The position numbers and the translations under genes were made by a program. DNA of 64,000 nucleotides from Octopus sinensis (Eukaryota), in assembly GCF_006345805.1 (NCBI RefSeq), contig NW_021824850.1, forward strand, positions 1,330 to 65,329. Direction: 5' to 3'. Position 1 is the first letter of the stretch, and each line of letters starts with the position of its first letter. Under the pieces are notes generated by a model, which saw only the letters and a list, made by a program, of their open reading frames with translations, was not told the DNA's origin and searched no databases. Below, one piece after another: positions 1 to 13,204 of this stretch.

Positions 1-84
1 GATCTCCCCTCTCCACGCCACCGATGTTACCCAAGGGAAAGACAAATGCCGATACAGCTTGGGACCAGTGACGTCGTAGCTCAT
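1..84 (-). mobile_element. SINE body fragment (family A-related), cut by window edge
   Basis: The minus strand reads atgagctacgacgtcactggtcccaagctgtatcggcatttgtctttcccttgggtaacatcggtggcgtggagaggggag, which I recall as an octopus SINE body. No second copy is in the window. Confidence 0.5.
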
Positions 85-86
85 AT

Positions 87-368
87 ATTAACGTGCAAGT
101 GGCTGAGAACTCCATAGACACGTGTACCTTTAACGTAGTTCTCGGGGAGATTCAGCGTGATGCAGAGTGTGACAAGGCTGGCCTTTTGAAATACAGGTAC
201 AACAGAAACAGGAAGAAAGAGTGAGAGAAAGTTGTGGTGAAAGAGTACAGCAGGGTTCACCACCATCCCTGCCGGAGCTTTTGGTGTTTTTGCTCAATAA
301 ACACTCACAATGCCCGGGTTGGAGATTCGAAACTGCGACCCTATGAACGCGAATCCGCTGCGCCTCGA
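87..368 (-). mobile_element. tRNA-derived SINE with family-B head and family-A body
   Basis: 87-202 is the reverse complement of the body at 30350-30450 and 63260-63385. 203-368 matches the family-B copies at 14660-14846 and 32020-32184, with the B-box gtttcgaatc on the minus strand and the A-box deleted. Confidence 0.85.
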
Positions 369-369
369 C

Positions 370-416
<47 letters not shown>

Positions 417-553
417 AATATGGGGATTTAGTTCACAGGTGATTTAAACGACTAGGTAGGCTGGATAAGAGGTGTATCGGATTACCAGGGCTCCAAGATC
501 ATAACCGAGACAGGAGTCATGGAACCATGGTAGATTTCCGACATAGCGGATGT

Positions 554-780
554 ATAGTTGTTAAAGAGGACAACAAACGTTGAGGAAGGATAGAAAATTC
601 TCAAGTCATATACGTTATTAGTATTGGGAGAATTCAAAGTTTTACAGCTGTTTCTGGGAAATCTCAAAGTATGGGATATCCCAGAAACAGCTGTAAGAGT
701 TTGAATTTTTCCAATAATAATAACGTATATTCACTTGAGCTGTTTGCCTTACGTTAACGTTTGTCCTCTTTAACAATTAT
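554..780. repeat. Fold-back element with ~110-bp diverged arms, probably an inverted PLE-type pseudo-LTR pair
   Basis: atagttgttaaagaggaca (554-572) pairs with tgtcctctttaacaattat (762-780), and tacagctgtttctggga pairs with tcccagaaacagctgta. (TA)n follows on the right. Confidence 0.75.
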
Positions 781-922
781 ATATATATATATAGATATAT
801 ATATGTGTATATTATAGGCATATATATATATATTATATAATATATATGTGTATATTTATAGGCATATATATATATATTATATATATGTGTATATTTATAG
901 GCAATATTATATATATATATAT

Positions 923-956
<34 letters not shown>

Positions 957-1051
957 CCATATGTGTATATACATATTATATGCATACACACATACACATT
1001 CGAGTATATGTGATGCCTTCATTCTTTTCTTCACACAAATATTATTTCAAG

Positions 1052-1125
1052 GTTTCAACGATGTAACGTGGTTCGTATGTGGCAGTTACACACCACTACT
1101 TTGCTTTTGCAGTCAACAGACATGG
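1052..1125 (+). CDS. Weak candidate exon (74 nt)
   Basis: Acceptor attatttcaag and donor ATGG|gtaagt. Two frames are open (xFNDVTWFVCGSYTPLLCFCSQQTW or FQRCNVVRMWQLHTTTLLLQSTDM). No homology recognised. Confidence 0.2.
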
Positions 1126-2064
1126 GTAAGTAGCTTTACTTTTCCTCGCCACACGCTTTCTTTCCTGTCTGACTGTCTCTCTTTTCCAGTCGTCCCGTTT
1201 GATTTCGCCTTAACAGAAAATAATAATTTCGCTTTTTGGTTATCTTAAATCGTAAAACGCGTTTAACCGAAGGAGAATACATTTAATAATCGTTATTTCT
1301 ACAAGGTGAAAGGCACATACATTTTCCTTTACTGCTGCCACTATTAACACATTTGCCTTTCAAAGAAAATATGATTATACATATTCTAGAACACATGTGA
1401 CACATCTAACTGTAAAACACGGAAAAATATTTATATAGTTTTATAAAATATTTACATTCAATCTATTGATATTGTATAATTAAACATTATTTTTTTTACT
1501 GTAACAATGTTGTATTTATAAACCTGTACTCACAAAACAGATCTTTGGTTGGCATGTAGAAAATAAAGGAAGATTGTTATATAAATTATCATCGTTATTT
1601 TCACTGCAAATATTTCTTTTATTTTTTAGATACAAATGCATTCATACGCATATACATACTTGTCTAAATATCAAACTAAAAACAAACAAAAAAACTATAA
1701 GTTTTCAGTAAAGAGAAAAATCATGTAACATGTATTACAAGTTACATGAACATTTTCTTTTAATTTTAAAAGGAGAGTAAAAATATTGAAAATTTTTCTA
1801 CAGTTCAACCTATGAAAATTGCAACATTCCTTCTGTCAATACTCCAGTGACAAACATTTGCTTCCTTTTTTTCCGAAAGCAGTTACTTTTTATAGGAAGA
1901 ATTCAAATAATTCAAATAGAAATATGTATATCTATATGTATGTATGTATATATATATATACTATATATATTTATATTATATATCATATTATTCATATATA
2001 TTCATATTACGTATATGTAATATATATGAGGTAAGTGCGCCTATATACATACGTACATACATAC

Positions 2065-2126
<62 letters not shown>

Positions 2127-2333
2127 GTATATACATATATAATATTCACTTACATACCTATAATCGCACCGCATATAGGGTATTTACAATTATATACACA
2201 CAAGGCATATCTATATCTATCTATCTATCTATCTCTATATATATATACATATATACATGTGTATATGTATACATATGTAAAATGTTGTATATATATATAT
2301 ATATACACACATACATATAGAGTTTTATATATA

Positions 2334-2571
2334 CAGGGTTGACCAAGTGTCAGCCGACAGTAAATCAAAGTTCAATAGATATTTAATATTCAAGATTATT
2401 TAGTCATTCCAGTTATAGATCTTTAATAATTGAATGCAGTGAGTTAAGGTTACCAGTTTCGTTTTCCACATTTCTCTACCTATTAGCGAATTCTCATATA
2501 AAATAGACGTTGTATTTTATCTTGGAACTAAATGGGCTTCGATTTACTGACAGGTGACTTTTGACAAAGTC
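2334..2571. mobile_element. Tc1/mariner-type MITE with decayed TIRs
   Basis: Starts TA|CAGGGTTG. The left end ttgaccaagtgtcagccgacagtaaatcaaagttca matches the reverse complement of the right end (ttgtcaaaagtcacctgtcagtaaatcgaagccca). Confidence 0.6.
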
Positions 2572-2772
2572 TCTCTCTCTCTCTATATATATATACATAC
2601 ACAAACGAGTTGAATATATATATATTCCAGCTGTGTGTATATATATAGAAGATAGAAATATACATATATATACACACGGTGTGTATATATACATATGCAT
2701 ATATATATACATATATATACACACGGTGTGTATATATACATATGCATATATATATACATATATATATATCTA

Positions 2773-2808
<36 letters not shown>

Positions 2809-2970
2809 ATATATACGTGCATATATATATATATATGTATGTATGTATGTATGCAAGGTATATAAATATATATCCATGTTTTGCAATCAACTTGCTACCA
2901 AGGATGCGATTCTGCGCATAAAACCTGCGTAGTCTGAGATTTAAGGGACTGGAAAAGGAAGTATATATAT

Positions 2971-3018
<48 letters not shown>

Positions 3019-3799
3019 GGTGTGTGTGTGTGTGTGGTGTGTGTAATTATAATATATATATGTATATATATATATAAGTCTGTATGTATTATATATATGT
3101 TTATATGTATATATCTATATGTATATATGTATATATATATATATGTATATATATATGTATATATATATATATGTGTATATATATATGTATATAATATGTA
3201 TATATATGTATATATATATGTATATATATATATGTTTATATTATATGTATAATATAATGTACTATATATATGTATATCATATTATATGTATATATATATG
3301 TGTTATATATATATAATGTATTATATATATGTATATATATATGTATGTATATATATAGTATATATCTTATGTATATATATATATTATGTATATCTATATA
3401 TATATATATATATGTATATCTATATGTATTATATTATATCTGTATATATATATATGTATATATATATGTATATATATTATGTATATATATATGTATATAT
3501 CTATATGTATATATATATATGTATATATATATATGTTCTATATATATATGTATATATATTATATATAATGTATTTATGTATATATATATATATATATATA
3601 CTATGTATATATCTCTATGTATATATATTATGTATATATTAATGTATAATATGTATATATATATATGTATATATATATGTATAATGTTATATATATTATG
3701 TATATATATATGATGTTATGTATAATAAGTATATATATATAATGTATTTATATGTATATATCGTATGTACTATATATATGTATATATGTATGTTATATA

Positions 3800-3849
<50 letters not shown>

Positions 3850-5282
3850 GATATATATATATATATTTATATATATTATATTTTATATATATATTATTAT
3901 ATATATATATATGTATAATATATGTATATATATATGTATATATTATGTATAATATATATATTATATATATATAAATATACAGTATACGTACACGTCAGAT
4001 ATATGGAAAAATGATGTTTAGTTCGCAACAATAAACATATTTTGTTGATATACAAAATTATGCATATGTACATAGAGTAAAACATTCATATTGAAATACA
4101 CAACAGAATACATGCAAAGTGAACCTACATGCACACATGTGCAGATACATACATACCTATTGACATACATAATACATATATATATATCTGTCAACTTACA
4201 TAACATTATACATAGATGCAGACAAATAAATACATACATACATGACGAGCAATTTGTCTAACTTCCAATTAAAGAAACTTGGTAAGAAAAAAGTCCAGAG
4301 AACAGATATTCGATTTACGTACATACTCTCGTTCATGCTCTCGTATATAAATGTATTATGAATTCATAGAATTGAATATGCAACTCTATTTTTGTTATCT
4401 AAATTCAATGATGGATCTTTGTTTCTTAAGTTAGAATCTAGACCCTTCTTTAAAGGAAAAAAAATCTATAGATTTAAAAACAGTGAAGGCATACGTAATT
4501 ACGAGCTTACACGGATATGTACACTTACATACGTATAATCGCCCCCGTGTATACAAATTTATTGTACATCAACAGACATTAAAAGCATGAGCATTATACA
4601 TTCTGCCAGTAATATAAGGCTTTGAAAAATTTCCGAATTTCACAGGAAATATATTCGTAGACATGTGTGTTTTGGAAAGATTATTTGCAGATGAAACATC
4701 TAGTTCCAAACGGTCATTTAATGTAAATGAAATGTATCACATTCAAAGCTAACCTAGAAAAATGCAGAAAAACGTTGGATAAAATAGAAAACTTAATAAC
4801 GGTTTATATTGGAACATATTATCTATCTAGTCGAGTAAATGAAAATAAATGTAAAATTACGTAGACTTGGCATATGAAGAAAGTATCATTTTATCAAACA
4901 TTTTACTGAATATTAAATACTCATTATTATTTTAGATGTTTTATACAATATTATAAAGGATTCATATACATGGGAAGAAAAGAAAAGAAAAAGAAAACAG
5001 ATAATCGTAGAATTTATGTAAGCAGGAATCTACCGAGCATTTTTAGATATACATGTGAACATATGTATGCAATATGTAATACTTAATATGTGCATATATT
5101 CAGGTCCACACATCTGCATAATCCATATGCTTACACACACAAACAACCACACACACACACACAGAGGTTCACACAACACACGCATAAAGGCACAGACACA
5201 GACACTCGTTCGCAGGCGCAAGCTCACACACATATCTTAGTATTTTCGTGCACATGCACGCTTCTGAAATCTATGTATAATG

Positions 5283-5284
<2 letters not shown>

Positions 5285-5317
<33 letters not shown>

Positions 5318-5349
5318 ATAAATACACAAAATATAATAAGCGTGTGTAC

Positions 5350-5417
<68 letters not shown>

Positions 5418-5874
5418 CTATATATGTTATATATATTTATGTGCACATACAGACACACACGTACATATTTATGTGTATGGAGATAGGTCGTATAAAAAGG
5501 TGGATATATTTATTTAAAACCCACACGCTTATATCATATATTGTAATTGTAGAAACGCAGAATATAGAATATTCATGGAGAACATTATTAAACTTGTCGC
5601 AGCAGAAATGATGTTCTGCAAAATCGTATTCAGCGGTAGATAATGGTTAATCCAAACTTACATAATTAACTACATATTGTGTATAAACTTACTTAAACAC
5701 ACAAGAACAACACACATATATTTTGTAAGTAATTGTATAAATAAATATATAAACACAAACATATTCATTTGTTTATAAACAGTCATGTGCAGATATCAAA
5801 GTGCTGAAGGAAAAATATAATTAAAATAAGAATACGTCATAGTGATTTTAATATACATATACATATAGGCATTC

Positions 5875-5905
<31 letters not shown>

Positions 5906-6001
5906 TATATACACATATATATATATATACAATATTACATATATATATATACATATATATACATATATATATATACATATATTATACATATATATATATA
6001 C

Positions 6002-6033
<32 letters not shown>

Positions 6034-6157
6034 CATACATATATATATATACATATATATATACATATATATATACATAATTAATATACATATATATATA
6101 TACACATATATATACATATATATATATACATATATATATATACATATATATATATAC

Positions 6158-6190
<33 letters not shown>

Positions 6191-6206
6191 CATATATATA
6201 TAGACA

Positions 6207-6237
<31 letters not shown>

Positions 6238-6427
6238 GTATATATATATATACATATATATACATATATATATATATATATACATATATATTATATATAT
6301 ATATACATATATATGTATGTATATATATATACATGTACATACGCACGCATATGTAGAATGAATATATGACTAGCCACACATATATGCATGGAACATATGA
6401 ATGTGTCATATACATACATACACGCCT

Positions 6428-6461
<34 letters not shown>

Positions 6462-6519
6462 ATTAATTAAGAAACATGTGAATAGTCACACATATACGTT
6501 TATAAAGATATGAATATGG

Positions 6520-6562
<43 letters not shown>

Positions 6563-6600
6563 CACATATATATGTATATATATATATATCCATGTGTTGT
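5285..6600. repeat. Degenerate (TA)n/(TACA)n microsatellite blocks (5285-5450, 5846-6600)
   Basis: Directly visible. Confidence 0.95.
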
Positions 6601-7257
6601 ATGTATATGTGCGTGGTTATAAATAACAGAATATGTGATATAATTTGTAAAATATTACATGCTGTGATTTCTTTTCATGCTGTACTATACAGGAATGAAA
6701 CTGTGCACAGGATTTTAGAGTAATGTGAAAATAAATAGAAGGAAAAAAACACGAACAAAATAATATAGAACACCACATAAATATAAAAGGCTGTTTTCGA
6801 GTTTGATCGATATTCTGAATCCAGCAAATCTCTTTGCATCTATTAATATATGCAAAAGCTTAGCAAGCATCAAAGTTACTTGTATCCTTATATATTACAA
6901 TGAAGTGCTTATCCGGCGTATGTTTGTGTCTAGAAAACATATTGACTAATTGTACATTAAAACATTGGCTTTCATAGCTTTATTCAAAAGAGCATTGAAA
7001 ATTGATATTATTACAGTACGCATAAATGGTTTGTAACACAGGGAGCAAGCCAGAAATGTTTCAGTAGGAAACCATAGAGTAAGTGTGGTATTTAACTAAT
7101 TTACAATTGGAAAAATCAAGAATAGTTTCATGTTTTGTTTGTTATTCTTATCTGAATGTAGGCTTTCAGAAATCACTTGTCGACATCAAAATTCTTGCCT
7201 CTGGAAAATCTCTTTTTAGGAATTGAAATTCTCCACTTTGTAAAGATAAGGATTATT

Positions 7258-7318
7258 TTGATGATGATGTAGTGGTGGTGATAATGATGATGACAACGAC
7301 GATGGTGATGATGATGAC

Positions 7319-7361
<43 letters not shown>

Positions 7362-7370
7362 ATGATGATG
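7258..7370. repeat. (GAT)n trinucleotide microsatellite
   Basis: Directly visible. It gives the poly-His pseudo-ORF 7173..7376. Confidence 0.95.
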
Positions 7371-7738
7371 GCCCAACTGCTGGTAAGCATAATCCTTATT
7401 GTGAATATATAGGGCAACTCTAAGTGGTTGAAATCAGTTTCAGAAACTTTCTCAGTGGCAAGAACGTTGGTTTTGACGAGTGATTGCGAGTGCTATTTTA
7501 AAACTTCAGAAGCATTTCTTTGTTTATCACTAGACTTAAAAGAACTGGATATTGAGCGTTGTTCATGATTGTTGGCATTTTCACAAGTTAATATTTATTA
7601 AGTCTCACGGCAAATCTAGTGCCAAATCCATTTCTCTGAAGCATGATAATTCGGACCCACTAGGACAACACCAAATTATCCCGTGACTTAGATGTACTGG
7701 ATCAAATCTAACCAGTGCTATATATATATCAACAAATG

Positions 7739-7978
7739 TGGAGGCGCAATGGCCCAGTGGTTAGGGCAGCGGACTCGCCTTTGTCGGATCGCGGTTTCGA
7801 TTCCCAGACCAGGCGTTGTGAGTGTTTATTGAGCGAAAACACCTAAGGCTCCACGAGGCTCCGGCAGTGGGGGTGGGTGATCCCGTCATTTGAAGGCTAA
7901 AACAATGTGAAGCGCATTGTGACCAGCGATGTGTAGAAATATCAGACAGCGTGGTCGGTCACGGTGATCACGGTGATA
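7739..7978 (+). mobile_element. tRNA-derived SINE family B, with possible 8-bp TSD
   Basis: A-box tggcccagtggtta, B-box ggtttcgattcc and 3' end ggtcacggtgatcacggtgat. aacaaatg occurs at both 7731-7738 and 7981-7988. Confidence 0.9.
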
Positions 7979-9613
7979 TGAACAAATGATACAGCGTGTA
8001 TTAATATAATTAACATGAAACTTACACATTGGTGAAATAATTATGAGGTTTTAATTAATTCAAATTATTTCTGTGAATTGGAGAAAGACCTATGGTCAAT
8101 TTCGTTCAAATTTTAAGTAATTAAAATGGACTAATAGAATATGGGCAATGGTCGAAGTTTATACCTTACTCGCCAAATTAGATTTACTCCTTACTACTTT
8201 CTCAAATTGTAGTTTTTAATTGATTTAGAGGATGGTTCTGTGGAGTCTGCCATAGTCTTCCTTCAAAAATATTTCCGTCTACAGTCATGTACATTATGTT
8301 TGCCTTATGAATGTATGTAGCACGAACTATTGCTGTGTTTTCTTTGAATAATGTCTCTCCAAACTGCTTTAGTTTCCTTACCTACGTTTTTGCGAACTTT
8401 TACTTTTAACCATCTTATAAAACTGAATCGAATTCATGTTGATGTAGATTATGACCTTATTTTCTTGGCTTATCTAAATGATGTAATAAATTTGGTCGAG
8501 TATACGTATGGGAGATATGATCACAGATATGAACACATGATGAATGAATGCACTCCTGTCTGTCGTTTATAAATAAAAAATTTTTTTTCACTAAATACAG
8601 GCTGTTGGTTTGTAACTAAGAAAGAAAACTATTATTTAGATGAAAACAGTAGTAAAAAGTTACATGTTGAAGTTTAGAAAAATTTTGCATATTTTTACTA
8701 TTCCACGATTGCATTTGCGAAATATCTATGAGATCGGTCTAGCTTTTAAAGATTGTTATTTAGTAGTTTAGTAATATCAAAAAGTCAACCCATGTGTTTT
8801 AATATAAATCTTAATTTATAGTCGTTGCAGCGAAATTGGTTTGTCTGTATAACTGCTTTCTCTCACAAATACTTTATAAAGACAAGTTTACATTCGATGG
8901 AATGTACTTTGCATCTCTATAACGCACACAGAATTAATTTTTCAGCCACATTCTTTTTATTTTCTGTTCTTGTTAGGAAGCCACGGAACCACTCTGATCG
9001 AAGAAGGGTATGCTGAAAGGCACTCCACCAGTGACCGTTTCGCATTTTTGTTTATCAGGAGCTTACTCGTCTAATGTGCCTGTTCCTTTTGAAGTCAGTG
9101 TCGTGATATTTGATGGTTATTTGTTTTGTCTCATTAGAAGCTCTTTTGTCTATATGTTCGACTGGTTGCATTTGGCATGTGTTTTATTTGAATATTCCAG
9201 CAACATTCCAAGTGTTTGACTGTCCACATAGGAATATAAAACCTTAATGGAATATTTTGTGTTGATTTGATACGAGACACTTCACCAAAATGAGATATAA
9301 TTGCCATTTTGGGTTGTAACTCGAGTGCTTACCTATGAATGCATATATGTAAAATAAATTCAGAAAAAAATAAAACGAATTAGATGCAAATGATTGGCGT
9401 ATCTAAAGTTATCGACCATCATCGTGAAGGAGGAACCAACAACAAAAAACACCGATGAACTAAAACAAAAATATACACACGCACACGCACGTATAAATAG
9501 ATAGATACATACATTATAAATATATATAAGAAAGAGGGAGATAAAAATATAAATAAAAAGAACAATAACTAAGAAAATATGAATACTATAAGTGAAGCTA
9601 GCTGATCACTTAC

Positions 9614-9640
9614 GCAGTCCTTCGTAACTCGGGTATTCAC
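9614..9640 (-). CDS. Candidate 27-nt microexon of an unidentified host gene
   Basis: The minus strand reads aattttgtcttctctccctctttag|gtgaatacccgagttacgaaggactgc|gtaagt: a long polypyrimidine tract, consensus AG, consensus GTAAGT and a frame-preserving length. Phase 1 gives xEYPSYEGLx; phase 0 gives VNTRVTKDC. Confidence 0.5.
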
Positions 9641-9797
9641 CTAAAGAGGGAGAGAAGACAAAATTCGTTTGATTTGAAAAGTTCATTGACTAACATGTGA
9701 AAACTATTGATGTCAGCTGCGATGATACTTTGGTATTACGTATATACATACATACATATATATAGTAAAAACTGATACACACATGTATATATATATA

Positions 9798-10067
9798 GAG
9801 TTTACGAAAAAAACAAAAGACGAAGACATGTGGTATACAAAACAAACAGATAGTATAACGCTCAGGAATAGAAAAAGTCTTTTACGTTTCGAGCCTACGC
9901 TCTTCTACAGAAAGGGACACAGAAAAAACAAGGAGAGAAAAAGATATATATTTTCATATATATTTTTTCTCTCCTTGTTTTTTTTCCCTGTCCCTTTCTG
10001 TAGAAGAGCGTAGAAACGTAAAATACTTTTTCTATTCCTGAGCGTTATACTAATACATCTGTTTGTT
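9798..10067. mobile_element. Family H1 short element (hammerhead-like motif) as an inverted pair
   Basis: Arms 9842-9950 and 9958-10066 are reverse complements, each with its own 5-nt deletion. The same sequence recurs at 11752, 14917, 18795 and 56328. Confidence 0.85.
9879..9914 (-). ncRNA. Minimal type I hammerhead-like motif with variant core CUGUAGA
   Basis: cttt|ctgtaga|a|gagc-gtag-gctc|gaaa|c|gta|aaag gives stem I cttt/aaag, stem II gagc/gctc, GAAA, palindromic ACGU stem III and a GUA triplet. Position 6 is U instead of the canonical A. Confidence 0.5.
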
Positions 10068-11334
10068 ATATATAAAGATAGATATGTACCTTCATGGATA
10101 CAAACACAGAGGCACACACATATACGCACAACAGTTGAATTAAAGCGTATGGATTAGATATGTGATACTGCTGACAACTAGCCAAATAAACATCCCTTTT
10201 TTCTCGTTATTTTAAAATTTGGTAAACTTCTGTCAATAAATAATATCACAATGAAGCAATAATATACAATGAAAAGAGAAGAAACAAAGATGAACATAAA
10301 CCCAAGAAACACAACAGAAAACGAACCAACAAATACAATACACATTCATATTGGATTTCATATAAAGTGAAGCAAGAGAGAAATAAATTTAGTACATGTA
10401 TATTATTAAAGTAAAAGTACAATGCATAACCCTTTAGCTGTTAAGATCAAACGGTTTAACTGTGTAAATCAATTGTGATGTTGCTCTCTCCATTTGCCTT
10501 CTGTTCAAATATGAGATTTTATTCCTTTGTAGTTTAAATCATTCCTTTTTCTGATGATGATAAATATATCATACAGTCATCTCTTGTTCGAGTTCTTAAT
10601 GTGCCACGTATTGAAGTGATGTGGAATATGTCGTATAAACAGAGAAATACGCCAAATCCGATTTCCTAGAATGTATGTAAATATATACAGACACACATAC
10701 ATAGAGATATACGTCCTCTCATCTACTTTAACGAGTCGAAATTCCTGTATCTCACTCATCTCCGGCCCTCTCAATCTCTCTCTTTTTTCCTTCAGACAAC
10801 GTCCAGAATTGGATTTACATATAAAAACGTGTATGTATTAAAGGATTAAAAGTGCAACAGCACTCATATACCTGTAATATATGTTACATGTGATTCTTCA
10901 GAAGGTAGATTTTCCATAGTTAAATTCACAAGTTTTCAATTTCTATTTCCTCTTGCTTTTTCTATTTTTTATAATTATTTATTTGTTTTCCCGTTTAACT
11001 ATTTCATCTGTGACGACTTACATGTCATTTCTCTATATCGTTACAGCATTTTATGAAAGGAAATTTAATTTGGATCCCCATATTTTTTGCCTACTTAATT
11101 GATCCCAGCTCTCTTAAAATTCATTCCGTCCCTTTCTCTTTTATATCGCTCGTATTCTGCCACATTCCTACCTTCATTCATATATTCTTTCTACTTCTTG
11201 GTTTCCTTCTTTCCAACTTGCATAACTCTTTCTTTCTTTCATTCTTCCTTCCTTCCAACTATCTTTTCATTTATTAATCTTCCTCCCCTTACTTCTTACC
11301 TTTCATTCATTTATTCATCTCTTCCTACTTTTCT

Positions 11335-11391
11335 TCCATTCATTCATTCATTCATTCATTCATTCATTCATTCATTCATTCATTCATTCAT
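11335..11391. repeat. (TTCA)n microsatellite within a pyrimidine-rich tract (11090-11410)
   Basis: Directly visible. Confidence 0.9.
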
Positions 11392-11718
11392 TGTTTCTTT
11401 TTTTCTTTGACATTGTAGAATAACGATTTGTAAAAAGCCAAGGAACTTTCCTTAAGATGATAGAATTGTCATTTTTGCATATTGTTTTTGAATACTGGAT
11501 AGTCTATTTAACTGTGTATAATTTCATCTTTTAGACTTCGTGTGACAGTCGGAGAAGGTGACATCAGATCTACGAAGTAAGACATTTCAGCATGCACAAG
11601 CTATACATTCTCAGAGACAGAGAGACAGAGAGACAGAGAGACAGAGAGACACACAGGTACACATATATACAGAGGCATGAGTATATATGCAGCGTGTGGA
11701 TGTGTGTGTATGCATATA

Positions 11719-11751
<33 letters not shown>

Positions 11752-11899
11752 AGTTTGAATTTACAAAAAAAACAAAACAAAAGACGAAGACGAATGTGTA
11801 AACAATAAACAGATGTATTAGTTTAACACTAGGGAAGTGAGAAAGTCTTTTACATTTCGAGGCTACGCTCTTCAACAGAAAGGAACACAGAAATAAGCA

Positions 11900-11935
<36 letters not shown>

Positions 11936-11968
11936 GAAACAGGCTCAGTGGCTAGCGATCAATCATGG
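11752..11968 (-). mobile_element. Family H1 short element
   Basis: Homologous to 9798-9950. Motif ctttctgttgaagagcgtagcctcgaaatgtaaaag at 11847-11882. The far end gtggctagcgatcaatcatgg is shared with the copies at 14917 and 56328. Confidence 0.85.
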
Positions 11969-12523
11969 TGAAATATATATATATATATATAATATATGAA
12001 GAGACAAAATATGGACAAGCTCGTTTATATGGAGTGATATCTTTTATTTCATTTAGGAAGGGTGTTACAGAAACGTAACCATAAAAATTTTTATTGAGGG
12101 AAAAATATTTTTAGAAATATCTTTACAGCTGTTTCAAAAGTTCAGTCATTGGTTAATATCATAATGCATGTTACACAAATACGTAATATTAGAAAACAAA
12201 CTAGCATGAGCCAGTTTGAAATCTGTGTAAGGCTGAATGCATAACATTGTCAAATTTCGGTCCCTAGTTTAGACACTAGCATGTATAAACGACATTATAT
12301 TATAAGCAATAATCATCCAAATGGCAATTGCTAGGTTCTCTGAAATTACAGTTATGCATATCTCGTGTCAAATTACTATTAGCGTTGCTGTTTTTAATGT
12401 CAATATATACATTCTTCTCCATATTATGAAGAATATTACCAATACTGTCAATGAAATTATTATTATCATGTTAGTATTAACATGAATATGACAACCTTTA
12501 ATCTCTTTACTGATAAATGAAAT

Positions 12524-12531
12524 TATTATTA

Positions 12532-12610
<79 letters not shown>

Positions 12611-12686
12611 AAGTAGTAGTAATAGAAGTAGTAGTTGTAGTAGTATTAGTAGTGGTAGTGGTGGTGGTGGTGGTTGTAATAGTAGT
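12524..12686. repeat. Compound (ATT)n-(AGT)n-(GGT)n microsatellite
   Basis: Directly visible. It is the source of the poly-I/L/V pseudo-ORFs. Confidence 0.95.
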
Positions 12687-12728
12687 AGACGCGTTGTTAC
12701 TGATAATGATAATTCCTTCTGGTAATAT

Positions 12729-13083
12729 TCTTTTATTCTTTTACTTGTTTCAGTTATTTGACTGCAGCGATGCAGGAGCACCACCTTTAGTCGAACTAAG
12801 CCAAGTACTTTTTCTATCGGTGTCTTTTCCCGAACTGCTATGTTATGGGGGCGTGAACACACCAACATCGGTTGTCAAGCGATGGTAGAGGGACAAACAC
12901 ACACACATACACACACACACACACATGCACACACACACACACACACATATATATACGACGGGCTTCTTTCAGCTTCCATCAACCAAATCCACTGACAAGG
13001 CCGAAGGTGTCACGCATTTGGACTGAACCCAGAACCATATGGTTGGTAAGCAAGCTTTTTACCATACAGCCACTCCAACGCCT
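12729..13083 (-). mobile_element. tRNA-derived SINE family C with internal (CA)n and internal deletion
   Basis: The minus-strand head is ggcgttggagtggctgtatggtaaaaagcttgcttaccaaccatatggttctgggttcagtcc and the 3' end is ggtggtgctcctgcatcgctgcagtcaaataactgaaacaagtaaaaga. Homologous to 41957-42410. Confidence 0.9.
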
Positions 13084-13204
13084 ATATGTTTCGGTTTTTA
13101 ATCTATTTTACTTTCGGCTTCAATTTCGCAGGCTATTGTAGCGTGTGATGTTGCTTTTGTTTCTAGTGCAGTTAATGCTGACAGTAGTAAAATTAATACC
13201 ATTA

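Larger units (their letters stand above)
776..3985. repeat. Cluster of degenerate (TA)n/(TATG)n microsatellite blocks (776-962, 1925-2333, 2575-2872, 2963-3985)
   Basis: Directly visible low-complexity tracts. They produce the YI-repeat pseudo-ORFs in the track. Confidence 0.95.

Noticed and set aside
7173-7382. Poly-Asp or poly-His exon ending at CTG|gtaagc
   Set aside because: All frames from the plausible upstream acceptors hit stops, and the tract is a (GAT)n microsatellite.
7739-7815. tRNA gene (also the other SINE heads)
   Set aside because: A and B boxes are present but there is no full cloverleaf or terminator, and each runs into a SINE body.
8351-8572. 73-aa ORF with non-repetitive composition
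   Set aside because: No recognisable domain or splice context. The 3' part looks like a repeat I recall from octopus DNA but cannot verify here.
10796-10830. Strong plus-strand acceptor with a possible 35-nt exon
   Set aside because: The pyrimidine tract is partly a (CT)n repeat, the donor is ambiguous and the peptide is uninformative.
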